Shown here: in pieces, positions 1 through 11,419 of the stretch
Numbering within the stretch: position 1 is the stretch's first letter
Layout of the letters: each line of letters opens with the position of its first letter
From: the human T2T-CHM13v2.0 reference genome, Homo sapiens
NCBI RefSeq assembly: GCF_009914755.1
Contig: NC_060937.1
Strand: one strand, 5' to 3'
DNA length: 64,000 nt
Notes under the pieces: model-generated
Databases searched by the model: none
The model's input: the letters and a program-made list of their open reading frames with translations, nothing else
Told to the model about the DNA's origin: nothing
Program-made: the position numbers and the translations under genes

Positions 1-27
1 TCTACCTACACAGAGGTCCTTGTTCTT

Positions 28-380
28 TCATTTATTTAACAATCTATGCATTCAAGAAATATTTATTGAGCAAATACTATGTGTACAGCACTATCTAGAA
101 GCTAAGAATCCAGTGGTTGAGAAGACAGATGCAAACCTTATTGACAAGTTAATTTTCTAATGTGATAAAAGAGAAAATAAATATGTGGAGTAGTAAGTAA
201 GTTCAGAGAGTGAAAAAGAAACGTTACAAATAAAATACAACAAAGCCTTGGTAGAGAGAGTCGTGGAGGTAGGGTGACAGAAAGAGGGTTTGTAAACTGA
301 GCTACAGAAATCAGAAAGTCTACCTGAAGAGGTAATATCTGGGCTGAGACTGTGGTGATGTAAAGGAAATAACCATGTGA
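28..380 (-). mobile_element. L2 LINE 3' end relic
   Basis: TCATTTATTTAAC...CATTCAAGAAATATTTATTGAGCAAATACTATGTGTACAGCACT resembles the reverse complement of the L2 3' terminus. The right boundary is approximate. Confidence 0.6.
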
Positions 381-595
381 GGATTTACTTAGTTATTAAA
401 TGAAAATCACCGGGCCCAGGAACTGGTACGTGCTGTTTACCATCCTATCTCATCTTCTCTCTAACCCAATATCCTATGTCTTTCTGTCCTCTTAATTCTA
501 AGGGTAAAATAATATCCAAAGAAGCAAAAGTAAGCAGAAACTGTGGAAAAGAAAAATAAATTCATGTAGACATGCAAATGCCAATAGAAATATTA

Positions 596-979
<384 letters not shown>

Positions 980-1494
980 TTAAAGTTTTGTGAAGAGATA
1001 CAAGTGTTTTTGTTTTTCAAATTTCTGTGCAGGAGTAAAGGAAGTAGAATTGTTAACCTTGTAATCAGAAAGCTGAGGTGTACTTTTCGGCACATATGAT
1101 ACTATTAGACAGAGGATGATGACCAAGTGTTCTCTTTATCTACAAAGCTATTTATGTTTGCAATGGTGCATGAGAGATACACATGAGAGAAATGCTGTAA
1201 CCAGAATCTGCCTAGATTTTTACAAACAAAAAATACTTCTATCTCTCCTTTAGACTTTTACCAGATTCATTTCCACCTAAAAACTTACAGCCATGAATTA
1301 GAATGAGTGAACCCTGGATCAGTGTCAAAAATCACAAAGTTTGCTGTGATTTTTCTGAGGCCACGCACAGAGACCTTCTAAGACAGCACAGCTATGAAAT
1401 GATGCTTTCAGATTCATTACCAAAGGATTTACATTGCATTTAATAATGAGCTGAACAGAAACAACTTCCAATGTGGATTACACCAATTTTTATG

Positions 1495-1620
1495 TTGGTG
1501 GCTTTAGGCAAATTACTTAACCTCTCTGGACTTTTAACTTTGTCATCTGACTATGTGACGAATAACACTTATCTCAAGGGTTTTCTGAAGAAGAAATAAC
1601 GAACTGTATATGAAGACGCC
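1495..1620 (+). mobile_element. MIR SINE fragment
   Basis: MIR core-like TTAGGCAAATTACTTAACCTCTCTG...TCATCTG...AATAACACTTATCTCAAGGGTT. Confidence 0.65.
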
Positions 1621-2159
1621 TGCTGCGTGGGGTATGCTACCATTAGATAGGATGTAAATTAAACTTCCAAGGACTGACATGATCATGAGAGATGACCGCA
1701 CATTTTAATAAGCTCAAATACTTTCATTAAAACAGACAGAGCAACTGGGAAAATAAAGAAATGTCTTTATTTGGAAAACAGTCTCAACAAATTTAGATGA
1801 AAAAGTGCCACCCAGTCTCAGAGTACAAACTGGTGAGGACAAATACCCTGAGTGGGCATAACATCCATCAGAGGAAGAAGCAAAGGCTGGTTGTTTTTAA
1901 ATCTCAATAGCTCAGGAATCCAGAAGGGGCCAATAAGTGCCCTGAAAGGAGGAACTAAAAGAAGTAGAACTCTCAGCAAGGAGATCAAAGAAGAAACTGA
2001 GAAAGAGGAAAGTATAGACGCTATGGACGCTTTGAAAGAATATTAATCAAAAACCAAAAAGCCCTGTGAGGCTTAATAATCTCACAGAAATGAGATTTAT
2101 TAAACAACAGGAGATAGGAAGGAGAGGTGACAGCTCAGCAAATACTTAGAAGTGGGAGC

Positions 2160-2231
2160 AAAAAAGGAGGAGGAGAGGGGGAGAAGGAAGGGGAGGAAGG
2201 AGAGGGAGATAAGGAGGGGGAGGAGGAGAAA
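2160..2231. repeat. GA-rich polypurine low-complexity tract
   Basis: GGAGGAGGAGAGGGGGAGAAGGAAGGGGAGG..., almost all purines. Confidence 0.85.
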
Positions 2232-2299
2232 CTGCACTCAGCAGTAAGTAGAGTATAAACACAAAACAAAACAAAAAACCTTAGAAACATTGCATTGTG

Positions 2300-2731
2300 T
2301 TTTCTTCGAGTGGGAAGCCTGGAGGAACGGAATGCAGGGCTGGCAGGGCACCTCCATATTATCAGAAATCTAGGCTCTGTTTATTTTTATCCTTCACTAG
2401 TCTCAGGGATTGTCATCCTGAAGGTCACTCAAAGTCACATAGCTACTGATGCTTCAGCCTCTGTATCTTTTTTCTGGCTAAATAGGGAGGAAGAAGTGGC
2501 AATGGGATCTACACTAACTGAACTGTTCTCATTTTTAAAAGTTATTCCTGAAGACCAAGCCAACTTCTATTTACATCTCATTGGTCAGATATTGGTCATT
2601 TAACCACCCTCTTTTCAAAGGCATCTGGGCATGTCATTCTCTAATTGGTCTCATTGCAATCATCTCCCAACAAATTTGAGTTCTATTAATAAAGAAGGAA
2701 AGAATGAATAGGCAGCCAGTAGTCTGCCTCA
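2300..2731 (-). mobile_element. Old MaLR LTR (MLT1J/K-like)
   Basis: ACTTCTATTTACATCTCATTGGTCAGA...TTCTATTAATAAAGAAGGAAAG...AGTAGTCTGCCTCA matches the reverse complement of the MLT1J/K 5' part. The left boundary is approximate. Confidence 0.6.
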
Positions 2732-3006
2732 ATTCTCAATACACATCAATACCCTTTTGAGATGAGAATTTCAGGTCAGTGCATGACTGAGCAGCAGGTG
2801 CCAAATCCAGAAAGAGACTTATGTTTTGGACTTGCTGGAAACAACAAGTGTATTCTAAAATTCCCAAGCTGGTAAAGTAACCCTTGGTAAGAAAATAAAT
2901 GCACAATGGATTTGGACTTGAATGCTGAACTCAGTCAAGTTTGCTCCTAAGTCCCTGCCTATGTCCATTTTATCTCATTCTTAGCTTCCTCGGAGAAAAA
3001 AGGGTA

Positions 3007-3233
3007 CAATCAATCCCAGATCCAATAGTTCAGATTCTTTACTCGCAAATTCACTTAACTCCCCAAACCAATACTTTCCGTGCTTTCATGATCACTTGTG
3101 GACACGCACAAGGCAGTGAGAAATTTGAATTGCCTCATATGGATGTTCCCAGCTGATGTCAAACAAGGCCTTTTGGTTTTAGCTCTCCTACTATCAACAA
3201 GTATTTTTTTCCTGGTCTATTTACTGCCACATT

Positions 3234-3298
<65 letters not shown>

Positions 3299-3672
3299 TG
3301 GAAGGCAGTGATTCCGCTTTTTAAAATGGCCCCCAAGCATGGTCCTGAGGCTATCTATTGCTCCTAGGCACAAGCAGGTTATGAGGTGCCTCATGGAGAA
3401 AGTCCATGGGTTAGAGAAGCTTCTTTCAGGCATGAGTTATATAGCTGTGGATTGTGAGTTCAATATGAATGAATCAACAATATATATTACATAAGATGTC
3501 CCTAAACAGAAACACACACAAACCAGGGTTATGTATTAATCAGTTGATGGAAATGAAACTCGCAGGACCCAATCTTGTATTTCCTCTAGAAGCAATGGTT
3601 CAGGGTTCACTAATTCAGTGTTTGCAGCCACTTTATAGAAAACAAATACTACAATTAGTAAGAGTAGATGCA
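3007..3672 (-). mobile_element. TcMar-Tigger DNA transposon (MER82-like)
   Basis: TA-flanked, with degenerate termini. Internal TTTAAAATGGCCCCCAAGCA, AATGAATCAACAATATATATT and GCAATGGTTCAG...CACTAATTCAGTGTTTGC blocks match the MER82-type consensus as I recall it. Confidence 0.75.
3239..3294. repeat. Perfect (TA)28 microsatellite inside the MER82-like element
   Basis: 56 bp of uninterrupted TA. Confidence 0.97.
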
Positions 3673-4321
3673 TATCCCTACCTGTCCGTGCTGCAACTTT
3701 GTAGGGCTAATGCTCAGAGAAACTTTCTTCAGCCAGTCAGTAGACTGGGCAGAAATGTATTATGGTAAAATACTATTCAATATCATATAAATGTAAGGAA
3801 TTGGGGGAGACACAAAGATGACAAAAAATCCACCCCTTGTCCTTTAAGGGAATATGTATCCATGACACGGATACATTTATTATAATGTAGACTGTGATAA
3901 AAGCTAAACTCTGAATCCAGTAAACTTCTGCCTGCTTATCCAATTGGCAAAAGTAGGACTGGTACATTTCCTCCCATTTTTCTTTTAAAATTCAGATTAA
4001 AAATATTCCTTTAACCAAAATTGATATTTCTCCAAGGTTCCTATTACCAATATTTAGCCCTACAAGTAGCAACGGGGCTTACTATTTAGGAAACATAATG
4101 CAAGTGACATATTTTGGTTCTTGGAATATTTCCCTGAGTGTATTTCAACAAAAGTAAGACCTTTCCTTTGGTCAAGCTAAATTTTTATTCTGGTATTATG
4201 TCTTTGATTTGTTCAAAGTCTTCTTTTTTATTATACCAGTATAACATCTCTTACTCCTTCATAGTTTTCCTTTCACAGCAATTTAATTCTTATTTAGAAT
4301 TTCCATTTATTCCTGCCTCTT

Positions 4322-4498
4322 GTTTTTTAAATTGTACTTTAAGTTCTGGGATACATGTACAGAATGTGCAAGTTTGTTACATAGGTATACACATGCCTTC
4401 AAACTATACTACGAGGCTACAGTAACCAAAACGGCATGGTACTTGTACCAAAACAGATATATAGACTAATGGAACAGAACAGAGGCCTCAGAAGTAAC
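4322..4498 (-). mobile_element. Short L1PA (PA7/8-like) insertion with 5' inversion
   Basis: 4322-4397 is the reverse complement of the L1PA 3' end. 4397-4498 is plus-strand ORF2 ([28 protein letters not shown]). TSD TCCTGCCTCTT at 4311-4321 and 4499-4509. Confidence 0.88.
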
Positions 4499-4638
4499 TC
4501 CTGCCTCTTCTTATCCTCCATCAATATATCTTCTCCAACACCAAGAGCTTGTATCCCCATGGCATATGAATCTAGTTATCCCAGTTATCCACTGATCACT
4601 TCAGATGTTGTTGCTCTTGGCAACTTAATCTTACTTAA

Positions 4639-5041
<403 letters not shown>

Positions 5042-6035
5042 TAAATAGGAAGTACAAATAACGACTGGAATGAATCCCAAATCATTTGCCATTCACTTTT
5101 TAGCTGAACAACTGAATTAAAATGTTTTCTCACTTTTCTTCAGTGTTATTAAGAATTTAAAAGAATCATCCTACTTTGTGGGTAATTTTCACATTACAAG
5201 TGAAAGAAAATCTCTGAAAAAAATCCAACAGTGCAGTGTTTCAAAGGTTAACTGGACCAAGATAAAACTTACATCCAATGAGTAAGCTTTTGTTTTCTGA
5301 GATATGTTCTTTTATATGTCTTCTAACCACATGAATGTCTAACTAGAGAGGGCATTTATCTGCCATTAACAGTGTCTTATATTTTACCTAAAACACAGTC
5401 ACCACTAAATAAAAATGACATCAGTGCAATGAAGATGTATTGTGACTAAATTAGATGCCCTACTTTGCCTTAACTATTAGAGACATGACCATATGGCCTC
5501 TGATCAAATGTCTACATTGATAGAACAGAAGACTGCAGTTTCCCTCAGACTGTTTCTCATTGACACCTACACATATGAAAGAGTTCTCATAGCTTTCAGC
5601 AGAAACAGACAAAGGAGTCTAACACTGAGCTTTCCCATAGCTAACAGGCATCAGCATTGAAGGATCAGTGGACTGAACATCCTTCCAATAGAATCATAAG
5701 ACTTAGATCTCTGATTTTTAAAGAATACAATAACATTTCAGTTATTAAGCACTATCTGAAACACATGTTTCTTCCACCTTTATCTCTTCTTCAGTGGTCA
5801 AGGTTCTAGCTGCTGTTGTCTCCTCTATGGGGCTAGTTCACAGAAATGAATTTCTCAAAATGGTATATTTAACCATATTTTTCTACAAAAGATAAAACCA
5901 TACTATGTTTTTCACTATTTTCTTAAGCCGACATGGAGAATATCCTTAGGACTTCATGAATGTGATGACTGTGTGATATCGAAAGGCAAAAATGCACTAA
6001 ATAATATATTTTATGTATCTGTTCCTCCTCTTCAG

Positions 6036-6200
6036 ATTTGAGCCTGAGAGACTTAGTCTATACAGAGGAATTGCAGCACATTAAACAGAACTCACAGGAA
6101 ATGTATCTTGATATTGAACACTCTGAATATCTACTATTTAGCCCAACTCTTTAAAAAACTTTTCTAAGCGCTCATACATGGAAAGCATGAGGCAAAGAAG
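6036..6200 (+). other. Candidate spliced exon (non-coding or pseudo-exon), 165 nt
   Basis: Branch-like CACTAAA near 5995, pyrimidine tract TCTGTTCCTCCTCTTCAG|, donor AAG|GTAAGT. All three frames contain stops. Confidence 0.3.
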
Positions 6201-7019
6201 GTAAGTTACAAAGAAGAACTAAACATAATCCTTGTTCTTAGAGAAAGTAAATATAAAGTACAATCAAATATGTACAAAGATGTGAAAAAGGGACAAAAAG
6301 AAAATATCAAAATAGGATTTAAAGAAAGAATTTTAGGAGGAGGTGTGGGTTTTAAGCCTTATCCCAGTTGTACCATATATGTTAATACTTTCAGGATGCA
6401 CACCAGGTGGGTCCTGAATTGAGACTTCCCAATCCTTCCCTAGAGGTAAGTTTGACCACAGACCCCAGATAAAGCTGAATCTGCAAATGGAGACCATATG
6501 GCTCCCAATTCTGCTGTTGCGGCTCTCAGGGAAGAAAGGTAGAGAAAGACAGAAGAGATATCAACTAGGGAGTAAGTCAGCCATGTGTTTCTTCCATCTC
6601 TATTCCTTCTTCATTTGTCCAAGTTTCTAGTCACTATTGCCTCTTTACTGCTTCCTCTTCACTTTCTTTTCACGTTTTTTTGTTTTTTTTTTTCCTATTT
6701 TCTTCTGTTTCCCATCTGGCTAATGAGTCTTCTTTAATTTTCTTTCTTTTTTCTTGTAAGTCTGCCTTCACAATGAGAATTTTAATTTTTCCGAAACTTT
6801 GAAGGCCACAAAATAAGCTTCTTTCTTTTCATTATGTAATATCCAGCATAATCTTAAGTATATAGAGTTATTGGTTCATCTCCATTCATATCAAGATTTT
6901 TTTTTTTCTGCGAAACAGAAAATGTCTAGTTTTAACTCTCTGAATGTTTGTGTTTGCGAGGGGGCTGTCTAATGGAAAACTATATTTTTATTGACATTCC
7001 ATTTTAAAACAAAAGAAGA

Positions 7020-7485
<466 letters not shown>

Positions 7486-7614
7486 TCACTCATGATGCCA
7501 TTATTTAAAATCTACTATATTTTTATTTCAATGTTTGTAATAGGTTTTCTGTGATAGCTATGCATTGTATTTTTTATATCATTGTGATAAAACTAACAAC
7601 ATTTTGTAGGTTCC

Positions 7615-8100
7615 CTTTTTAACAGTTTTATTTAGGTATAGTAAACATACAATAAACTGTATATGTTAGAAGTGTGCAATTTGAAATATCTTGACAGATA
7701 AATACATTGCCAAGCCATCACCACAATCAAATAATGAACATATGCATCACTCTCCAAAACTCCTCATACCTTTTGTTATCCTTCCTGCTGATTCTCCTAC
7801 CCTCCACCTATCCCAAGGAAAAACTGGTTGCTTTCTATCACAATAGATTATCATAAATTTTCTAGAATTTTATATAAAAATTATGCACTATGTGTTATTT
7901 TGCTCAGAAATTCTACTAACTACACAGTATATTCTTACTTTGACTTTCATTCAAATTTCTCCAGTGGCTGAAGATATTGAGCATGTACTTTTTTGACATG
8001 GATGTGTCTTCTTGGGTGTAGTATCTGTGCAATTCTTTATCCATTTTGCATTGGGTTGCTTGCTTCTTTATTACTGAGTTTTGAAAGTTCTTTTTATATT
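7615..8100 (-). mobile_element. Old L1M (MB/MC-like) 3' UTR and ORF2 C-terminal fragment
   Basis: Reverse-complement L1M 3' end (AACAGTTTTATTTAGGTATAG...CCATCACCACAATCAA) followed by ORF2 3' sequence (GATATTGAGCATG...TTGGGTTGCTTGCTTCTTTATTACTGAG). Confidence 0.75.
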
Positions 8101-8213
8101 CCGAAATCATACCAAACACACTCATAGACCACAGAGCAATAAATATAGAAGTCCAGACTAAAAAAATTGCTCAAAACCATGCAGCTACATGGAAATTAAG
8201 CAACCTGCTCCTG
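8101..8213 (+). mobile_element. Isolated L1P ORF2 endonuclease-domain fragment
   Basis: Open frame from 8103: EIIPNTLIDHRAINIEVQTKKIAQNHAATWKLSNLLL, homologous to L1 ORF2p ...SDHSAIKLE...TWKLNNLLL. Confidence 0.85.
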
Positions 8214-8784
8214 TTGGTTTTTTAAAAATACATTAAAGTTATTATTTCTTTCTCTCTCTCTCTCTCAAGTTGTTACAAATAGAAATCTGCTGTCACCATA
8301 TTTTCCCACTGTATCTAATTTTTATTTTCTCTGTTTTTAAGATTTTTCTCCTTATCATTGGCATTAATAATTTTGATAATGATGTACCTTTGTGTATTTT
8401 TTTAACCTTTCTTGTGCTTGAGGCTCATAGAGCTTCTTCAATCTATGCATTTACAGCTTTCATTGAATTTGGAAAATATTCAGTCTTTATTTAAATACAT
8501 CCACCCAAACATCTTTTCCTTTATAACTCCAATTTTATATATACTTAACTGCTTGAATTTATTCCACACTTCATATTTTTCATGTGTTTTCATATTAAAC
8601 ATACTATTCATATTTCTCAGTATTTTTCTCTCTGTGTTTAATTTTGGTGAGTTTCTATGTTTTTAAGCTCAATAATGTTTTCTTCTGTAATATCTAATCT
8701 GCCATTCATCCTAGCCAGTGTATTTTTCATGTCAGACATCATAGCTCTCATTTCTAGAAGTTGAATTTGGGTTGTTTTAAAATA

Positions 8785-9414
8785 CAGACAGTCCCTGACT
8801 TAGAATAGCTGGACTTACCATTCTTTTGACTTTACAATGGTTTACCACAACTTAATTTCATTAAGTTAGGAGCCTCTGGACTTACAATGACTTGACATGT
8901 GATTTCTCGACTTTGTGATAGGTTTATTGGGACATAACCCTATCATAAATTGAGGAGCATCTGAGTTTACAGTGGTTCGACTTAACAATTTTTTGACTTT
9001 ATGATGGGTTTATTAGGATATTTAAGTACTTTTTTTTTTTTTTTTTTTTTGAGACAGAGTCTCACTCTGTCGCCCAGGCTGGAGTGCAGTGGCGCGATCT
9101 CTACTCACTGCAAACTCCGCCCCCCCGGGTTCATGCCATTCTCCTGCCTCAGCCTCCAAAATAGCTGGGACTACGGGCGCCCACCACCACGCCTGGCTAA
9201 TTTTTTTGTATTTTTAGCAGAGACGGGGTTTCACAGTGTTAGCCAGGATGGTCTGGATCTCCTGACCTCGTGATCCGCCCGCCTCGGCCTCCCCAAGTGC
9301 TGGGATTACAGGCGTGAGGCACCGCACCCGGCCTTAAGTACATTTTTTGACATGTTTTTAACTTATTCTGAGTTTGTTGGGGACATAATTCCATTGTAAT
9401 TTGAGGAGCATCTG
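8785..9414 (-). mobile_element. MER47B-like Tigger MITE, interrupted by AluY
   Basis: TA|CAGACAGTCCCTGACTTA ... TTGAGGAGCATCTG|TA termini with TA TSDs and internal GAGGAGCATCTG repeats. Confidence 0.8.
9030..9333 (-). mobile_element. AluY-like
   Basis: Diagnostics GGTTCATGCCATTCTCC, GTGTTAGCCAGGATGG and CTCCTGACCTCGTGATCC. T21 tail. TSD TTAAGTAC at 9022-9029 and 9334-9341. Confidence 0.95.
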
Positions 9415-10615
9415 TATATTATTATCTTCCATGTTTCTGTGTATCAAGTGCAATCTTTGTTCTAGCTTCTTGAACATTTGGAATATAGTCATAAGTATCT
9501 TAATATCCTTGTTTACTAATTCTAGTATTTGTATCATTTCTGGGTCAGTGTCAGTTGATTGATTTTTTCACTAACAGTTGCATTTTCTTTTTATTTGGAT
9601 GCCTGGTAATGTCTGATTAGATGCCAGACATTGTGATTCACTCTTATTGTGGGTGTTTTGTTTTCTTTCTTTTTTTAAATATTTCTATCAATATTTGTGA
9701 GATTTGTTCTGGGATATCTTCAAGTTACTTGAACACAATTTGATCCTTTTAAGCTGTGTTATGTAGGCCGGTACTGCATTCAGTCTAGTATTTATTTTTT
9801 CCCACTACTAAGGCAAGATATTTCTTAGTATGCTAACTATGAGCCATGAATTACACATTTCTCAAGTCTTGCTAGGAACGGATGCTGATCTTGGTCCTGC
9901 CAAGTCTGAGTATGACTCTCTCTAATCCTTTCAGATGGTTCTTTCCTCCAGCTGTTAGTAGTTTCCTCACATGCATGAGCTAATCAGCACTCAACTGAAT
10001 ACTGAAGGGGGACCATCTGTAAGCCTCCAAAGCTGACTCTGTGCTGCTTTCACCTTTATGGTGCTCTGTCCAATGAATGCCATCTGCCTTGGCTTCTGGA
10101 AATTCCCAGCTTGGTTTCCTCAACTCAAAGAAACCTCCAGATTCTGCCTGGATTTCTCCTCCATAAGCCACAGCCTGAAAACTTTCTTCAGGAAGTAAAT
10201 TGGATAAATCATAGGGCTTATCTAATTTGCTTCCTATCTCTCAAGGATCATTGTTTTTGATTGATCCCATATCTTGATTGTCACCGTGTCATATACTTTC
10301 CTTAGCTGATGTCTTAGTTGTTTCAGGCAGGAAGTAAATTCAGTCCTTGTTACTCCATATTAATCAAAAGCAGAAGTCTCACTGTCATTTTTTTAACTTA
10401 ATATTGTAGAATAAGCTTTTGCCTGTGTCATTAAAAATTACTCAAAATATATTTTAAATGGATTTGTATTTTACTGTGTAGATACAATATAATTTTTAAT
10501 TTTGCTATTATAGCTAATGCTTCCATTGACATTTTTACTGTATCTTTATTAGCATGCAATTATTTATCTAGAATATATTCCCAGAAATGAAATAACAGTC
10601 AAAAGAATTAAACAT

Positions 10616-11042
10616 TGTATTAGTTTGCTAGATCTTAACAAAATACCACAAACTGGCTAGCTTAAATGACAGAAATATATTGTCTAACAGTTCTGAAGGC
10701 TAGAAGTCTAAAAGCAAGGTGTCAGCAGGTTTAGTACTTTACTAAGGCTATGAAGGAAAATCTATTCTATGTCTCTCTTCTAACTTCTGGTAGTTTGTAT
10801 CAATCATTGGCATTCCTTGGTTTATCTCTGTCTTCATCTTTACATATGTGTGTGTCTGTGTCCAAATTTTCCCTTTTTCAAAGACATCAGTCATAATGTA
10901 TTAGGAGTCCAGAATGACCTCATCTTAGCCTAACTAATTGTAGCTGCAATGACCTTATTTTCAAATAAGTTCACATTTTGAGATAGTGGGGATTAGGACT
11001 TCAACATATGAATTTTAGTAGAGCACAATTCAACTTACAACA
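10616..11042 (-). mobile_element. MaLR solo LTR (MLT1B/C-like)
   Basis: TGTATTAGTTTGCTAG...GGATTAGGACTTCAACATATGAATTTT...ACAACA. TG/CA ends with 5-bp TSD AACAT/GACAT. Confidence 0.85.
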
Positions 11043-11419
11043 GACATATTTAAATTATTTTTTATATAATTCTCTATTGATCCTAGGAGGGTTGGTATAT
11101 TCTGTTGGTCCAAACATAACTTAACCTTCAATTTAGAAACTGCAGAATTTTCTGGTGAGAATAGCACTGAAGACTGATTTGCATACAGATTTGTAAAAGA
11201 ATGTGAATGGAAGTGTTAATCCTGGCACTACAGGTAGAAAAATAAGAGATAAGAATGACAAAATGGTACATTTCTCAGAAATGGTATTCCCACCTCCTTG
11301 GATATGGTATTGCTTCAGCCCCCCACAATAACTGTCAGTGTATTTGTACCAATATCATCCTACTACTAAAGCTGAGGAAAATTATGTTGCCAAGGTAACA
11401 AAAAATTATTTTTGTTACC

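Larger units (their letters stand above)
8270..10378 (-). mobile_element. Old L1M (MC/MD/ME-like) 5' UTR and ORF1 region, interrupted by MER47B and AluY
   Basis: The reverse complement from 10378 reads GACTTCTGCTTTTGATTAATATGGAGTAACAAGGACTGAATTTACTTCCTGCCTGAAACAACTAAG, an L1M 5'-end motif. ORF1-like sequence lies at 8270-8780. Confidence 0.7.

Noticed and set aside
8785-9414. Thrice-repeated GAGGAGCATCTG/GACTTAC units resembling a repeat-spacer array
   Set aside because: Explained by the internal repetition of the MER47B-type MITE. The context is eukaryotic with no cas genes, so it is not CRISPR-like.
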